Source of the DNA: an uncultured bacterium
GTDB taxonomy: Bacteria > Patescibacteriota > Doudnabacteria > UBA920
Length of the DNA: 64,000 nt
Reading direction: 5' to 3'
Assembly: GCA_963749445.1 (NCBI GenBank)
Contig: CAVVMJ010000006.1
Span: forward strand, 10,979-74,978
Below the pieces are notes generated by a model, which searched no databases, was not told the DNA's origin, and was given only the letters and a program-made list of their open reading frames with translations. The position numbers were made by a program, and so were the translations under genes. This document shows positions 17,701 to 27,906 of this stretch, in pieces. How positions within the stretch are numbered: the first letter of the stretch is position 1; each line of letters begins with the position of its first letter.

Positions 17701-18291
17701 ATGGACCAAAATTTAGAAACAAACCCACAACCAAATAATCTTAATACCGCCCCGAATGTCGGTGGCGGCAATTATCCTGTCCCTCCGGTTCCCATCCCCA
17801 GTAGCCACCACAGGAAAATCTGGATTATTATAGTTATAATAATTTTGGCTGTTTTGGCAGTCGCGATTTTTGCAGCAGTAAATAAAAAATATCAATGGGG
17901 AATAAATAACTTCGCAGTTAATTCCCCGCAAACCCTTAAAAATTTAGTAATCCCGGTTTCGTCGGACGAAGTCAGAAGATATTTTTTCACAGCAGGATCG
18001 GGTACTTTATTGTTACACGAAGACAGTCAGCAACAAGGGAATGTGGCTAGTTTCATTTTAAATTTTGTGAGTGGGCTGACGGTAACCGAGGCCGTGACCA
18101 GTTATGAGAACCTTTTTAAGAACAGCGACTGGACGTATACATTGAATAAAAATAATACCGACCTACTTGTGTCAATGCATGCGACTAATAAAGATGGAAC
18201 ACAGGGGGCTATTATAAGACTTGCGAAAAATGGCGCGGACAAAGAAGCCAATATATTAGTAATTTATTATATCGCAAAGAAAGGGAGTTAA
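17701..18291 (+). CDS. Membrane-anchored hypothetical protein
   Basis: Pro-rich N-terminus, then a TM helix IWIIIVIIILAVLAVAIFAAV. Confidence 0.35.
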   Translation: MDQNLETNPQPNNLNTAPNVGGGNYPVPPVPIPSSHHRKIWIIIVIIILAVLAVAIFAAVNKKYQWGINNFAVNSPQTLKNLVIPVSSDEVRRYFFTAGSGTLLLHEDSQQQGNVASFILNFVSGLTVTEAVTSYENLFKNSDWTYTLNKNNTDLLVSMHATNKDGTQGAIIRLAKNGADKEANILVIYYIAKKGS

Positions 18292-18295
18292 TAAT

Positions 18296-21200
18296 ATGGC
18301 AACACCCAAAACAAAATTTGCTTTGTTCACTTTCGTTATTGTGATGGGCTTGTTTTTATTTATTCCCTTTGCGTACGGTTGCACTGAAGGGGACAGTTGT
18401 ATCTATGCTAGCGACCCGCCGCCAGTAATGTATGGGATTTGTCTGTCAGGATCGTGCGTTTGGAACGGCCCCGCCCCAGCTCCTACTGGGGACGGTTGTC
18501 ACTCTGATGCAGATTGCCAAGCTTTGGATCCATATCCCGCATCTTGCTCCGACAGTTATTGCATGCCCCCTGATTGTCACTTTTATATAACAGGCGACTG
18601 CGGAGGGACTACTCCACCTCCTCCTTCCTGCACCGGCGATTCTGATTGCACCGGCGGCGCGCGTTGCCGAAACGGAGTTTGCACCACTGCTTGCACCATA
18701 GCCTGCAACAGCAATTCGGATTGCGGGACGGATGAGTGGTGCGACGTCCCGGGTTCTTGCGGTTCCTATTGCGTGTCTGATTTTACGCACAGCGTATGTG
18801 AAGGCTCTTCCTGTAGGACATATTCAGGCCCCGGCAGCCAAGACTGTAATTCCGAGGCCGACTGCGTCCCCACTCAAACCTGCGTCAACGACGGCATTTG
18901 CCACAGCGGGGAAACCTGCAGTCTTTGCCCCGTTGATTGCGGCGCCTGCATTGTTAACGGAGCCTGCCAAAATCCTCCCAACGGCAACATCTATGTTACG
19001 GCTCCGACCGGCACTTTATGCAGTAGCGGCATCGCTAGCCCTTCCACCCTTAGCGGCAGCGGCCCCTGGTCTTGGCAATGTACCAGCCCTAACGGTGGCA
19101 CCACTGCTTCCTGTTCCGCCTCCGTTCCCAATCAGCCCACGGCCCACATTACCGCTACCCCCGACTTCCTGCCAAGCCCAGGAGGCCCCACCCAACTTTA
19201 TGCGACTTTTACCAATGCCAATAATTGTTATGTGACTTCCAGCCCCACTGTGGACGCGGGGTTCTGGACAACGCTTGGGCCATACACATACAATCCTTAC
19301 ATAAACATCTCCGATGTAACCCAAACTACCGTTTTTACCGAAACCTGCACCTATAACAGCCCGGCTTATCCCTACTACATTCTTGGCCCCGTGACCAGTT
19401 CCGTGACGGTCAGTGTCGGTACAATCATTGGAACTTTAACCCCCTGCGAAACCGATATGTGTGCCATGACTTATTATGGCGACGGGACAAATCCGGCCAA
19501 CGCCACCTATCTTTACTATCCGTCCCATGATCAAATGATTTCCAGTTATTGTATTCCAGTATACGACAATTGCAGCAGCCCGGCTTACAACATCAACGGC
19601 ACGAATTATTGGATTAGGGAAGGCGGCAAAGACACATCAACCTGCTTAAATTTGCGAGCATCGCCTCCGGCCTGCGCTCCTGCCACCGCCAGTTTGACGG
19701 TTAACACGGCTTATGGTTCGGCCAGCAACAGCGGCAGCGTTTACACCCACGGCTACAACGACACCCCGACCCTGACCTGGTCATCCACCAACGCCAATTC
19801 TTGTACCTTAACCAGCAACAACAGTGACAGTAAAGCCGGCACCAACGGCACCAATGTGCCGGCCAATAGTTTAGGCAACGACAGCGGATCCGGACATGTT
19901 TGGACTTACACGCTAAGCTGCACCGGCAACGGCGGCAGCGGCAGCGCTTCCGTTAATGTTATTATCCCGCCCGCCCCGACTAACGTTATTATGATCACTC
20001 CCTCCGGATGCGGAACCAACGGCACCACTTTGGGTTTTCACTGGACCCTGCCGCTTGGCTACAGCACTTCTTATGTCAGGGTACACGACGACACCGCCGG
20101 CACCTATTTAGCTCTTAGTGATTCAACTTATGCCTCCACCAACTGGAGCGGCACCTCTGTTCCCGGACACACCTATTCCGACTGGTTCCACACCTCGGTT
20201 CCTTCCGGCGCCTACAGTATGGCAGCTTCCGGTCCGGCGGTTACCTGTAACAATCCTGGACCCAGTGTTACGCTTGCGGCCAATCCAAACCCCGTAAACT
20301 ACAACAGCCCGGCGACTTTAAGCTGGACTATATCTAACGCCACTGCCTGTACCGACGTCAACGGCAATATGCCGGCGGGCAACTGGAGCAGCGGCCAAAG
20401 CGGCAGCGCCTCTACCGGAAATTTGACGGCTTCCCAAACCGATGTGTTAACCTGCACCGGTCCCGGAGGCAGCGACACCAATGGCGTGGTGGTTAATGTT
20501 CTCCCTCCCGCCCCTACTCTTTCCGCCGCCACCTCCGGCGCCTGCGGCGGCAAGATCAGCGTATCCTGGAACAATGCTGCGGGCGCCACCAGCTATAACC
20601 TCTACCGCGACGGCTCTTCTATCAATTCCAACGCGACCAGTACTTATATAGATAGCGGTTTGGTTTTTGGTAGTTCCCACAACTACAAGGTGGTTGCCGT
20701 AAATTCCGCGGGCAATTCCCCTGATTCCAACACAGCCTCGGCCACCGCTTCGGCCGCCTGCGCGGTTAACAGCCCTCCGGTGGCCGTTGCCACCATTTCC
20801 AAAGACGGTTCAACTTACGCCAACAGCATTACTGTGGCTCAAGGCGTTTCAACCCACGTCTATTTGGCGGCCAGCAAAGGCGCGGGCAGTTCCGATCCCG
20901 ACGGCTGGGCCGATGCCAACTTTGGCGTCTCAAGCGGCGGCAAATGCGACTGGAACAGTGACCTTAACCAGGGCGCGCCGACTTACGAAACTACCGTTAA
21001 CAGCCCGGCCTCGGCCGCGGCTTGCGACATTGATTTGGGCAATAAAACCTTTAACGACACCGTTGGCACCTACACCTATTCCGTCCTGAGGATTACGGAC
21101 AAGCCGGGCGCGGTTTCCAACATCGCCACCGTGCAGGTGACGGTAGTCGCCGGCCCTCCGGGCGGCGGCGGCGGCGGTTCGTTGACCGCGACGGCAGGAG

Positions 21201-22393
21201 TTGCCATTTGTCCTAAAACAGGAATTAATCTTTACTGGCAGGCGGGCAGCGGCGCTACGACTTATAATGTTTATCGCAATACCGTAAACAACAGCCATAC
21301 TCCTGCCGACGTTCCGTCCGGCACGGCTCAAAAAATCGTTTCCGGCGTTCCTCAAGCGACCGTGGGTTCTCCGTATAACGATGTCATTACCACCGGCGGC
21401 CCTTACTACTATTGGGTGGAAAGCGTGGGCGGCGACGGCACGAGGGTTCCGGCCGACCAAAATACCGGTTCCCCGGCCGGCGTAATGCCCAATACCAGCT
21501 GTGCCACGGCTCCGAATCCGCCCACCGGCGGCGGCACCTGCAACTCCGATACCGGCACCATCTGCCCCGGCGGCGTGGGCAACCCGCCGGCTTGCCTCAA
21601 CTATGTCCGCCTGACTTGGACTGATAACTCCGACAACGAAACCGGCTTTAAGATTTATATGGACGGCATCTATCAGGTGACCGCCCCGGCCAGCAGCCCC
21701 GCCTCTTTAACCGGCGAAGAACTCTATTATGACTTCACGACTCCGGACAACAATATCCACAGCTATAGTATTGCGGCCACCAATGCTGTCGGCGATTCGG
21801 CCCACGTCCCGGAAACCAACACCATCGCTTCTTATGCCTGCGGGGCCAACCTCATCGGCTCGGACAAGGAAACCATCGCGGTCAATGGCGCTCTGGTGGA
21901 CAGCGCGAATATGGTCAGCAAAATGTGCAACGACGTCGGCAACCCCCTGCCCAGCTACGTTTCGCTCAAGTCCGGCGATATTCTGACTTTCTCGGTGGAT
22001 ATTTGCAACAAGGCCGGCACGAGCGACATGAAAAATATCAGCGTGGTTGACACCCTGGCTAACCTGCAAATCCCCGGCAGCGACTGGAAGATGTGTTACA
22101 GCACTACGCCGGATGTTCCCTGCGCCGGCAACACACTTAACCCCAGTCTGGCTGGCAGCCCGCCCAACCAGACGCTGACGGTTAATTTGACGGGCGTGAC
22201 CATTCCCGCCGGCCAGAACGGCTATCTGGTGTTTAACGCCATGATCCAGCCGGCCAGCTCCACCGGCTCAGCCAGCCGCCTGTTCCAGAATAGGGCTGTA
22301 ATAAGTTCCAACGCCGGTATCAAAAGTGTCTTCACGCCGCTGCAGCAGTTCCTAAACGGCAATAACGCGCCGATTATTCAGGAACGGCCGTAA
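18296..22393 (+). CDS. Giant (1365 aa) cysteine-rich secreted surface protein with multiple FN3/Ig-like repeats and a C-terminal DUF11-like repeat domain
   Basis: Signal anchor, then more than 40 Cys in the first 250 aa (..C..DSC, CxxxxDC patterns). FN3-like SWNNAAGATSYNLYRDG..YKVVAVNSAGNS. Confidence 0.5.
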   Translation: MATPKTKFALFTFVIVMGLFLFIPFAYGCTEGDSCIYASDPPPVMYGICLSGSCVWNGPAPAPTGDGCHSDADCQALDPYPASCSDSYCMPPDCHFYITGDCGGTTPPPPSCTGDSDCTGGARCRNGVCTTACTIACNSNSDCGTDEWCDVPGSCGSYCVSDFTHSVCEGSSCRTYSGPGSQDCNSEADCVPTQTCVNDGICHSGETCSLCPVDCGACIVNGACQNPPNGNIYVTAPTGTLCSSGIASPSTLSGSGPWSWQCTSPNGGTTASCSASVPNQPTAHITATPDFLPSPGGPTQLYATFTNANNCYVTSSPTVDAGFWTTLGPYTYNPYINISDVTQTTVFTETCTYNSPAYPYYILGPVTSSVTVSVGTIIGTLTPCETDMCAMTYYGDGTNPANATYLYYPSHDQMISSYCIPVYDNCSSPAYNINGTNYWIREGGKDTSTCLNLRASPPACAPATASLTVNTAYGSASNSGSVYTHGYNDTPTLTWSSTNANSCTLTSNNSDSKAGTNGTNVPANSLGNDSGSGHVWTYTLSCTGNGGSGSASVNVIIPPAPTNVIMITPSGCGTNGTTLGFHWTLPLGYSTSYVRVHDDTAGTYLALSDSTYASTNWSGTSVPGHTYSDWFHTSVPSGAYSMAASGPAVTCNNPGPSVTLAANPNPVNYNSPATLSWTISNATACTDVNGNMPAGNWSSGQSGSASTGNLTASQTDVLTCTGPGGSDTNGVVVNVLPPAPTLSAATSGACGGKISVSWNNAAGATSYNLYRDGSSINSNATSTYIDSGLVFGSSHNYKVVAVNSAGNSPDSNTASATASAACAVNSPPVAVATISKDGSTYANSITVAQGVSTHVYLAASKGAGSSDPDGWADANFGVSSGGKCDWNSDLNQGAPTYETTVNSPASAAACDIDLGNKTFNDTVGTYTYSVLRITDKPGAVSNIATVQVTVVAGPPGGGGGGSLTATAGVAICPKTGINLYWQAGSGATTYNVYRNTVNNSHTPADVPSGTAQKIVSGVPQATVGSPYNDVITTGGPYYYWVESVGGDGTRVPADQNTGSPAGVMPNTSCATAPNPPTGGGTCNSDTGTICPGGVGNPPACLNYVRLTWTDNSDNETGFKIYMDGIYQVTAPASSPASLTGEELYYDFTTPDNNIHSYSIAATNAVGDSAHVPETNTIASYACGANLIGSDKETIAVNGALVDSANMVSKMCNDVGNPLPSYVSLKSGDILTFSVDICNKAGTSDMKNISVVDTLANLQIPGSDWKMCYSTTPDVPCAGNTLNPSLAGSPPNQTLTVNLTGVTIPAGQNGYLVFNAMIQPASSTGSASRLFQNRAVISSNAGIKSVFTPLQQFLNGNNAPIIQERP

Positions 22394-22489
22394 AATAATT
22401 GACATAATTTAAAAGATTGACATAATTGACAAGAATGTCGGCAAAGGCGGATTCGCCTTATCGTTAAAATAATCAATGACTAAAAGATT

Positions 22490-22996
22490 ATGCACAGAAA
22501 CAAAATTATGATCAAAAAATATTGGGCGCCCCTGCTAATTCTGGTTTTGCTGGTTATTATCACAGTCGCGGCCAAAGTCCTGCCCAAGCGGCAAGCTGTG
22601 CCCAATTCTGCTTCCAAGCCTTCGGCCAGTTCTCAAGCCCAAACCCCTCCCCCGATGCCCCAGGTGGCGGCTGTGCCTCCGGCCAAGGTGCCGCCGGGCC
22701 TGCCTGCCAACCTGCCCTGGGAAAAAGGCGCCACTATCCTTCAGAACTTCACGGCCAAAGACCCTGTCTCCGGCAAAACCCAGTCCACGCGGGAGTACGT
22801 TAGCGCCAAGAGCCTGGATGACAATTTTAGCGTTTACCAAAAGTATCTAAAGGATAACGGCTGGACCGTGGTCTCCGGCATTAGCCAGCCCACCATCAAG
22901 AACCTTTCCGCCGCCAAAGCCGGTGCCCGCCTGGACGTGACCATATCCAAAACCCCGGACAACAAAGTTACGGTCATTGTCAGCTACGTGGATTAA
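22490..22996 (+). CDS. Membrane-anchored hypothetical protein with a Pro/Ala-rich linker
   Basis: N-terminal TM helix ILVLLVIITVAA. No recognisable domain. Confidence 0.35.
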   Translation: MHRNKIMIKKYWAPLLILVLLVIITVAAKVLPKRQAVPNSASKPSASSQAQTPPPMPQVAAVPPAKVPPGLPANLPWEKGATILQNFTAKDPVSGKTQSTREYVSAKSLDDNFSVYQKYLKDNGWTVVSGISQPTIKNLSAAKAGARLDVTISKTPDNKVTVIVSYVD

Positions 22997-23045
22997 CGAA
23001 AATTAAAATCCCTCGGAGAAATCCGAGGGATTTTAAAATATTTGT

Positions 23046-23366
23046 TTATAAGATAGTATTCAACTGCGCGACTATCGTCGCTTTGGGAGCCGCGCCGATA
23101 AGTTCGCTCACCAGTTTCCCGTTTTTGAAAAATTTCAGCGTCGGAATGCTCATCACGTTGTACTTCATCGCGAGATTATTGTTCTCATCCACGTTGACCT
23201 TGCCGACTTTGAGCTTGCCCGCGTATTCTTTGGCCAATTCTTCCACCAGCGGGCTCAAAACCTTGCACGGGCCGCACCAGACCGCCCAAAAATCCACCAG
23301 CACCGGCAAATCGGAAGCCAAAACTTCTTTGTCAAAATTTTTTTCGTTTAGCACAACTTCGGACAT
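23046..23366 (-). CDS. trxA: Thioredoxin. The start is assigned to the internal Met MSEVVLNEK, which has an upstream purine-rich site. The listed ORF extends further upstream.
   Basis: WAVWCGPCK active site with a thioredoxin fold. Confidence 0.8.
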   Translation of the reverse strand: MSEVVLNEKNFDKEVLASDLPVLVDFWAVWCGPCKVLSPLVEELAKEYAGKLKVGKVNVDENNNLAMKYNVMSIPTLKFFKNGKLVSELIGAAPKATIVAQLNTIL

Positions 23367-23619
23367 AAGTTTTTTTGTTACTTTTAAAGTGATACTAATA
23401 TACCCGTCTCGGTTGAAGGCACAAACCGAGGTCGGACGAATGGCATAGTAATGATACGAATTCGTGTCATTCGCGAGTATTCGTGAATTAGCGTCGCCAT
23501 TAAATCTTATCCACAATCGGAATCTTTGTCAACCCGGAAACCCAACATTTAATATGATATAATTATAAGGGAAATTAACTTTTATCCATAGCAAAATTTA
23601 TCGAAAAACCAAAACCCAG

Positions 23620-24603
23620 TTGTTTGAATTTTTAAAACACAAGCAAACCGCAATAGGCTACGGGATGTTGCTGCCGGCGTTTTTGGTCTTGGTGCAAGCC
23701 GCCGCGTATGTGTATTTTCCGCCCGTGCCGGCAAACGGCAGCGGCCGGCCTATCGCGGCTGACAAAGTTCCGCCAAACGGAACAGTCCTGGGCGCCAGTA
23801 CCGATCTTCGTAGCCGGGCGCCGGCCGCGGCCATGCCCACGCCGCCGGTTTTGAGCGTAGATGAACTGGCCCGCATCTCGGCTAAAAGTTTTTTAGTTTA
23901 CGACAAATCCGGCGGCGGCCAAATTCTGGCTGAGCGCCAAGGCCATCTTAAACTCGGCATCGCCAGCCTGACTAAATTGATGACCGGCCTTTTAGCCTAT
24001 GAATACTTGGATTTTGCCAAGCCTATCGCCATTGATAAAACAGGTTTGACGGCAGTCCGCCCCATAGTCAATTTTTCAGCAGGCGATGAAGTTTTGGCTG
24101 GGGATGTTTTTGATGCCATGATTGTGGGCTCGTGCAACGACGCGGCGCAGGTTTTGGCGCGGGCCGTGGAAAACGCCAGCGACAAAAAAATCGTTGACTT
24201 AATGAACCAAAAAGCCCAAGACCTGGGCATGATTGATACCAGTTTTGCCAATCCGGTGGGATTTGACAACGTCGGCAATTATTCCACGGCGACTGATTTG
24301 GAAAAGCTGATAACTGAAACCCAAACCTTGGCCGCGTTTGCCAACTTGGGCAAAACCGCGGCTGTGGATTTTTCCGGCTCGGCGGGAATTAATTATGAGG
24401 TGCCTGCCACCAATACGCTGCTGAAGCACCATTCGGATTTATTGGCGATCAAAACCGGGTTTACGGCGGGCTCGCAAGGCGCCATGGCCACCAAGGTGCT
24501 GGAAAACAATCACGAGATCATTATTTTAGTCCTGGGCAGTGCTGACCGCGAACAGGACACACTGACTTTAAAGCAGCTGGTTGCCGACCGGCTTTCGTGG
24601 TAA
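23620..24603 (+). CDS. Serine-type D-Ala-D-Ala carboxypeptidase (S11, PBP5/6 family)
   Basis: The three motifs are SLTKLMT (SxxK), GSCND (SxN) and KTGFTAGS (KTG). Confidence 0.7.
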   Translation: MFEFLKHKQTAIGYGMLLPAFLVLVQAAAYVYFPPVPANGSGRPIAADKVPPNGTVLGASTDLRSRAPAAAMPTPPVLSVDELARISAKSFLVYDKSGGGQILAERQGHLKLGIASLTKLMTGLLAYEYLDFAKPIAIDKTGLTAVRPIVNFSAGDEVLAGDVFDAMIVGSCNDAAQVLARAVENASDKKIVDLMNQKAQDLGMIDTSFANPVGFDNVGNYSTATDLEKLITETQTLAAFANLGKTAAVDFSGSAGINYEVPATNTLLKHHSDLLAIKTGFTAGSQGAMATKVLENNHEIIILVLGSADREQDTLTLKQLVADRLSW

Positions 24604-24620
24604 ATCAAAGCCGTTTAAAA

Positions 24621-24720
24621 TTGATGGGCATCTTCCAGCGGCTGTAAAAGTTAGCTGACATTCATAGGCAAACTGGCTCGTTACCGCCGGCTATAATCCG
24701 ATCCCGAAGATGCCCATCAA
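24621..24720. repeat. 100-nt element bounded by 15-bp inverted termini TTGATGGGCATCTTC / GAAGATGCCCATCAA. A second 100-nt member lies at 39588-39687.
   Basis: Identical terminal inverted repeats and identical length. Interiors partly related, both containing CGGCTG. Confidence 0.55.
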
Positions 24721-24773
24721 TCAATTCGCCAAATTTTAAAAAATTTGGCATATATCCATATTTGTGGTAAAAT

Positions 24774-25817
24774 TTGATTATGGCGTTTTCCCAGCTGACC
24801 AAAATTTTCATTCTGGTTTCCCTGGCGTTCATTACCGCTTTGGCTTTTACCCCAATATTGCTGGAGTTTTTGAGCCGCTACAAACTGGGCAAACAAATTC
24901 GCGACGACGGCGACACGCCGCTGTATTCTAAAATGCACGCGGCCAAAGCCGGCACTCCGAGCATGGGCGGCATTCTGGTCTGGGGGACGCTGGCCGTGTT
25001 ATTCGGGTTGTTCTGGTTTTTGAACCGGGTCGCGCATATCCCGTTCTTTTCCAACCTGGATTTTTACTCGCGGCGCGAAACTTTGCTGCCTTTTGGGGCG
25101 CTACTCGGCGCTTCCATCGTCGGTTTAATTGATGATTGGCTGGACATTAAACAGCTCGGCCACAAAGGGCGGGGGTTCCGTTTTAGGTTTAAATTTATTT
25201 TATACGCATTAGTCGCGATCATTGGCGCCTGGTGGTTTTATTTCAAACTCGGTTTTGCCGACGTCCACGTACCTTTTTACGGGGCATGGCATATGGGAAT
25301 CTGGTTTTTGCCGTTTTTCGTGCTCGCCGTGGTTTCCACGAGTTTCGCGGTAAACGAGGCCGACGGCCTGGACGGGCTGGCCGGCGGGACATTGCTGTTG
25401 GCATTTTTTGCCTATGGGTTAATCGCTTTTTTACAGGGCAAGCACGATCTGGCGGCTTTTTTGGCGGCCATTTGCGGCGCGCTGCTGGCATTTTTGTGGT
25501 TTAACGTGCACCCGGCCAAATTTATTATGGGCGATACCGGTTCCATGGGCCTGGGCGTGCTGCTGGCCGTGGTAGCTTTTTTAACGAATTCCATTTTTTT
25601 GCTGGCTTTAATCGGGTTTATTTTTTTGCTGGAGGCGGTGTCGGTGATTTTACAATTATTCTGGAAAAGATATTTTAAAAAGAAATTATTTTTGTCCGCG
25701 CCTGTCCACCACCATTTGCAGGCGCTCGGCTGGCCGGAATCGCAAATCACCATGCGCTTTTGGATTATTTCCGCGGTGATGTGTATTCTTGGAGTGGTTG
25801 TATACTTCATTGGTTAA
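24774..25817 (+). CDS. mraY: Phospho-N-acetylmuramoyl-pentapeptide transferase
   Basis: Ten predicted TM helices. NEADGLDGLAGG and FIMGDTGSMGLG motifs. Confidence 0.85.
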   Translation: MIMAFSQLTKIFILVSLAFITALAFTPILLEFLSRYKLGKQIRDDGDTPLYSKMHAAKAGTPSMGGILVWGTLAVLFGLFWFLNRVAHIPFFSNLDFYSRRETLLPFGALLGASIVGLIDDWLDIKQLGHKGRGFRFRFKFILYALVAIIGAWWFYFKLGFADVHVPFYGAWHMGIWFLPFFVLAVVSTSFAVNEADGLDGLAGGTLLLAFFAYGLIAFLQGKHDLAAFLAAICGALLAFLWFNVHPAKFIMGDTGSMGLGVLLAVVAFLTNSIFLLALIGFIFLLEAVSVILQLFWKRYFKKKLFLSAPVHHHLQALGWPESQITMRFWIISAVMCILGVVVYFIG

Positions 25818-25819
25818 AG

Positions 25820-25858
25820 ATATACGGTTGAAATAAAATAGAAATAAATTGTATGCAG
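25820..25858. repeat. TAGAAATA-type block ATACGGTTGAAATAAAATAGAAATAAATTGTATGC abutting the 25853 start codon (member C)
   Basis: Near-identical to the block upstream of the T4CP-like gene at 9332. Confidence 0.55.
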
Positions 25859-26236
25859 GAAAGCCCTTATATCAACCTTTATGAACTTGAGGTTTATAAG
25901 ATGTCCCGTGAGCTATCAAAGCTTGCATGGGAAATGTACGAACCATTGGACTGGAGGCTGAAAAAAATCAACGGCGACCAATTTATTGAGTCAACCGATT
26001 CCACCGGAGCCAATATAGCCGAAGGCTACGGACGATTCCACTATTTAGACCGGATTAAATTCTATTATAATTCCCGTGCTTCCTTGTTTGAATGCTGGCT
26101 ACATTGGTTAGATTTAATGGAAGAAAGAAGCATGGTTGATAAGGACAAGGCGGCCAAATTCAGGGAAATAGCCAAACAATTTTCTATCAAACTTAACAAC
26201 TTTATAACCGTAACGTATAAGAACCGCGACAAGTAG
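25853..26236 (+). CDS. Four-helix-bundle protein (TIGR02436-like, the 23S rRNA intervening-sequence protein family)
   Basis: MSRELSKLAWEMY..GANIAEGYGRFHYLDRIKFYYNSRASLFECWLHWLDLMEER is typical of the family. Confidence 0.6.
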   Translation: MQESPYINLYELEVYKMSRELSKLAWEMYEPLDWRLKKINGDQFIESTDSTGANIAEGYGRFHYLDRIKFYYNSRASLFECWLHWLDLMEERSMVDKDKAAKFREIAKQFSIKLNNFITVTYKNRDK

Positions 26237-26284
26237 CGCAATTTTATTTCTACATATTTCTACTATTTCTATCGTATTTCTTTT
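26236..26284. repeat. Inverted partner of the 25820 block (member D): GCAATTTTATTTCTACATATTTCTACTATTTCTATCGTATTTC
   Basis: Reverse complement resembles the upstream block. The pair brackets the four-helix-bundle gene. Confidence 0.5.
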
Positions 26285-27850
26285 ATGTACTCGCTACTCA
26301 TCAAGAACTCAAAACTGATTGACGGCATATCGGATAACCCGATAGTTGCCGACGTCGCCGTGCAGGGCGACGAGATTGTCAACATTGCGCCAAAAATTAA
26401 TATGCCGGCGGAAACCGTTTTGGACGCCTCGGGAAAAATTTTGGCTCCCGGCTTTATTGATTTGCAAAACCACAGCGACAGCTACTGGCAAATTTTTGAC
26501 AATCCCTCTTTGGACAGTTTAATCAGCCAAGGCTACACTACCATATTACTCGGCAACTGCGGGGCCAGTTTGGCGCCTCTTTTGAGCCCCGAGTCCCTTA
26601 AATCCATCCAAAAATGGCATAATTTGGAAGCGACCAACGTTAACTGGCAATCGTTTTCCGAATACATAGAGGAAATGTCCAAACAGCGCCTCGGCTGCAA
26701 CGTCGCCAGCCTGGTCGGCTATTCCACTTTGCGGCGCGGCCTGGTCGGCGACCAAATCCGGGGACTTACGCCCCAAGAGCTTAACGCGCTCAAACGCATT
26801 CTCAAAGAAAGCCTGGAAGCCGGGGCGTTCGGTTTGTCCAGCGGGCTGTCTTACGCGCACGAAATCATTATTTCGGAACTGGAACTTTTTGAGTTGGCCA
26901 AAATCGTCAAGCAGGACAAGGCTATGTTCTCCGTGCATTTGCGCAACGAAAGCGGGGAAGTCGTGGAAGCTTTGGATGAAGTTTTAGACATTGCGGCCAA
27001 TACCGGAGTCAATTTAAAAATTTCCCACTTTAAAGTCCGCGGCCGGGACCACTGGTCCAAATTGCCCGAAGCTTTAAATAAATTGGAAAGCGCCTACCAC
27101 CGCGGGACCAACGTGCATTTTGACGTTTATCCTTACGACACGGTCTGGCAGGTCTTGTACAGCTATTTACCCAAGTGGGCCGTGGAAGGCGGAAGAATCC
27201 TAATGCTTAAACATTTTGCCGACCCCACCCAAAAGAATAAAGTTTTGACGTACTTGAACAACAGCAACAACAAATTTCCGGCCATGATGGTGGCCTCCAC
27301 TTCCAACAAACTCAATTTTGCCGGCAAAACCATTGGCCAAATTGCCAAGAACATGGAATGCTCCAGCGAACAGGCGGTGCTGAACATCATTGAAAACGGC
27401 GGCAGCGAAGTTATGGTGTTTGATAAAAATTTGGATATGGACCAAGTCAACCAATTAGCCGCTCATCCATTGTCTTTTATCGGCACGGACGGCGCGGGTT
27501 TTGGACTTGATGTTAAGCACCGCCTGGTGCACCCGCGCTGTTTCGGCAGCGCCACCAAATTTTTGAAGCAGATGATAAATGGCGGCGGCTTGAGTTTGCC
27601 GCAGGCGATTAAAAAACTCACCTCCGGTCCGGCCAAAAAAGTCGGCTTTAAAAAACGCGGGGAAATTAAAACCGGGAGCTTTGCCGATTTGGTAATTTTT
27701 GATGAAAACGTTATCGCCGACAAAGCGACTTACGAAAATCCCTACCAATTTTCCAGTGGCATTGAACACGTCTTCGTCAACGGCAAGGAAGTTTTTACTA
27801 ACGGCCAACCGACCGGCAAGCTGCCGGGGTATGTGCTGAGAAAAAACTGA
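26285..27850 (+). CDS. Metal-dependent amidohydrolase, N-acyl-D-amino-acid deacylase (D-aminoacylase)-like
   Basis: IKNSKLIDG..ADVAVQGDEIVNI..VLDASGKILAPGFIDLQNHSD matches the N-terminal pattern of that family. Confidence 0.55.
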   Translation: MYSLLIKNSKLIDGISDNPIVADVAVQGDEIVNIAPKINMPAETVLDASGKILAPGFIDLQNHSDSYWQIFDNPSLDSLISQGYTTILLGNCGASLAPLLSPESLKSIQKWHNLEATNVNWQSFSEYIEEMSKQRLGCNVASLVGYSTLRRGLVGDQIRGLTPQELNALKRILKESLEAGAFGLSSGLSYAHEIIISELELFELAKIVKQDKAMFSVHLRNESGEVVEALDEVLDIAANTGVNLKISHFKVRGRDHWSKLPEALNKLESAYHRGTNVHFDVYPYDTVWQVLYSYLPKWAVEGGRILMLKHFADPTQKNKVLTYLNNSNNKFPAMMVASTSNKLNFAGKTIGQIAKNMECSSEQAVLNIIENGGSEVMVFDKNLDMDQVNQLAAHPLSFIGTDGAGFGLDVKHRLVHPRCFGSATKFLKQMINGGGLSLPQAIKKLTSGPAKKVGFKKRGEIKTGSFADLVIFDENVIADKATYENPYQFSSGIEHVFVNGKEVFTNGQPTGKLPGYVLRKN

Positions 27851-27906
27851 TTTTTTATATCAGATGTCCATTTCTCTGCAAAGCCGATTGATTAAAGTTT
27901 TATTCG

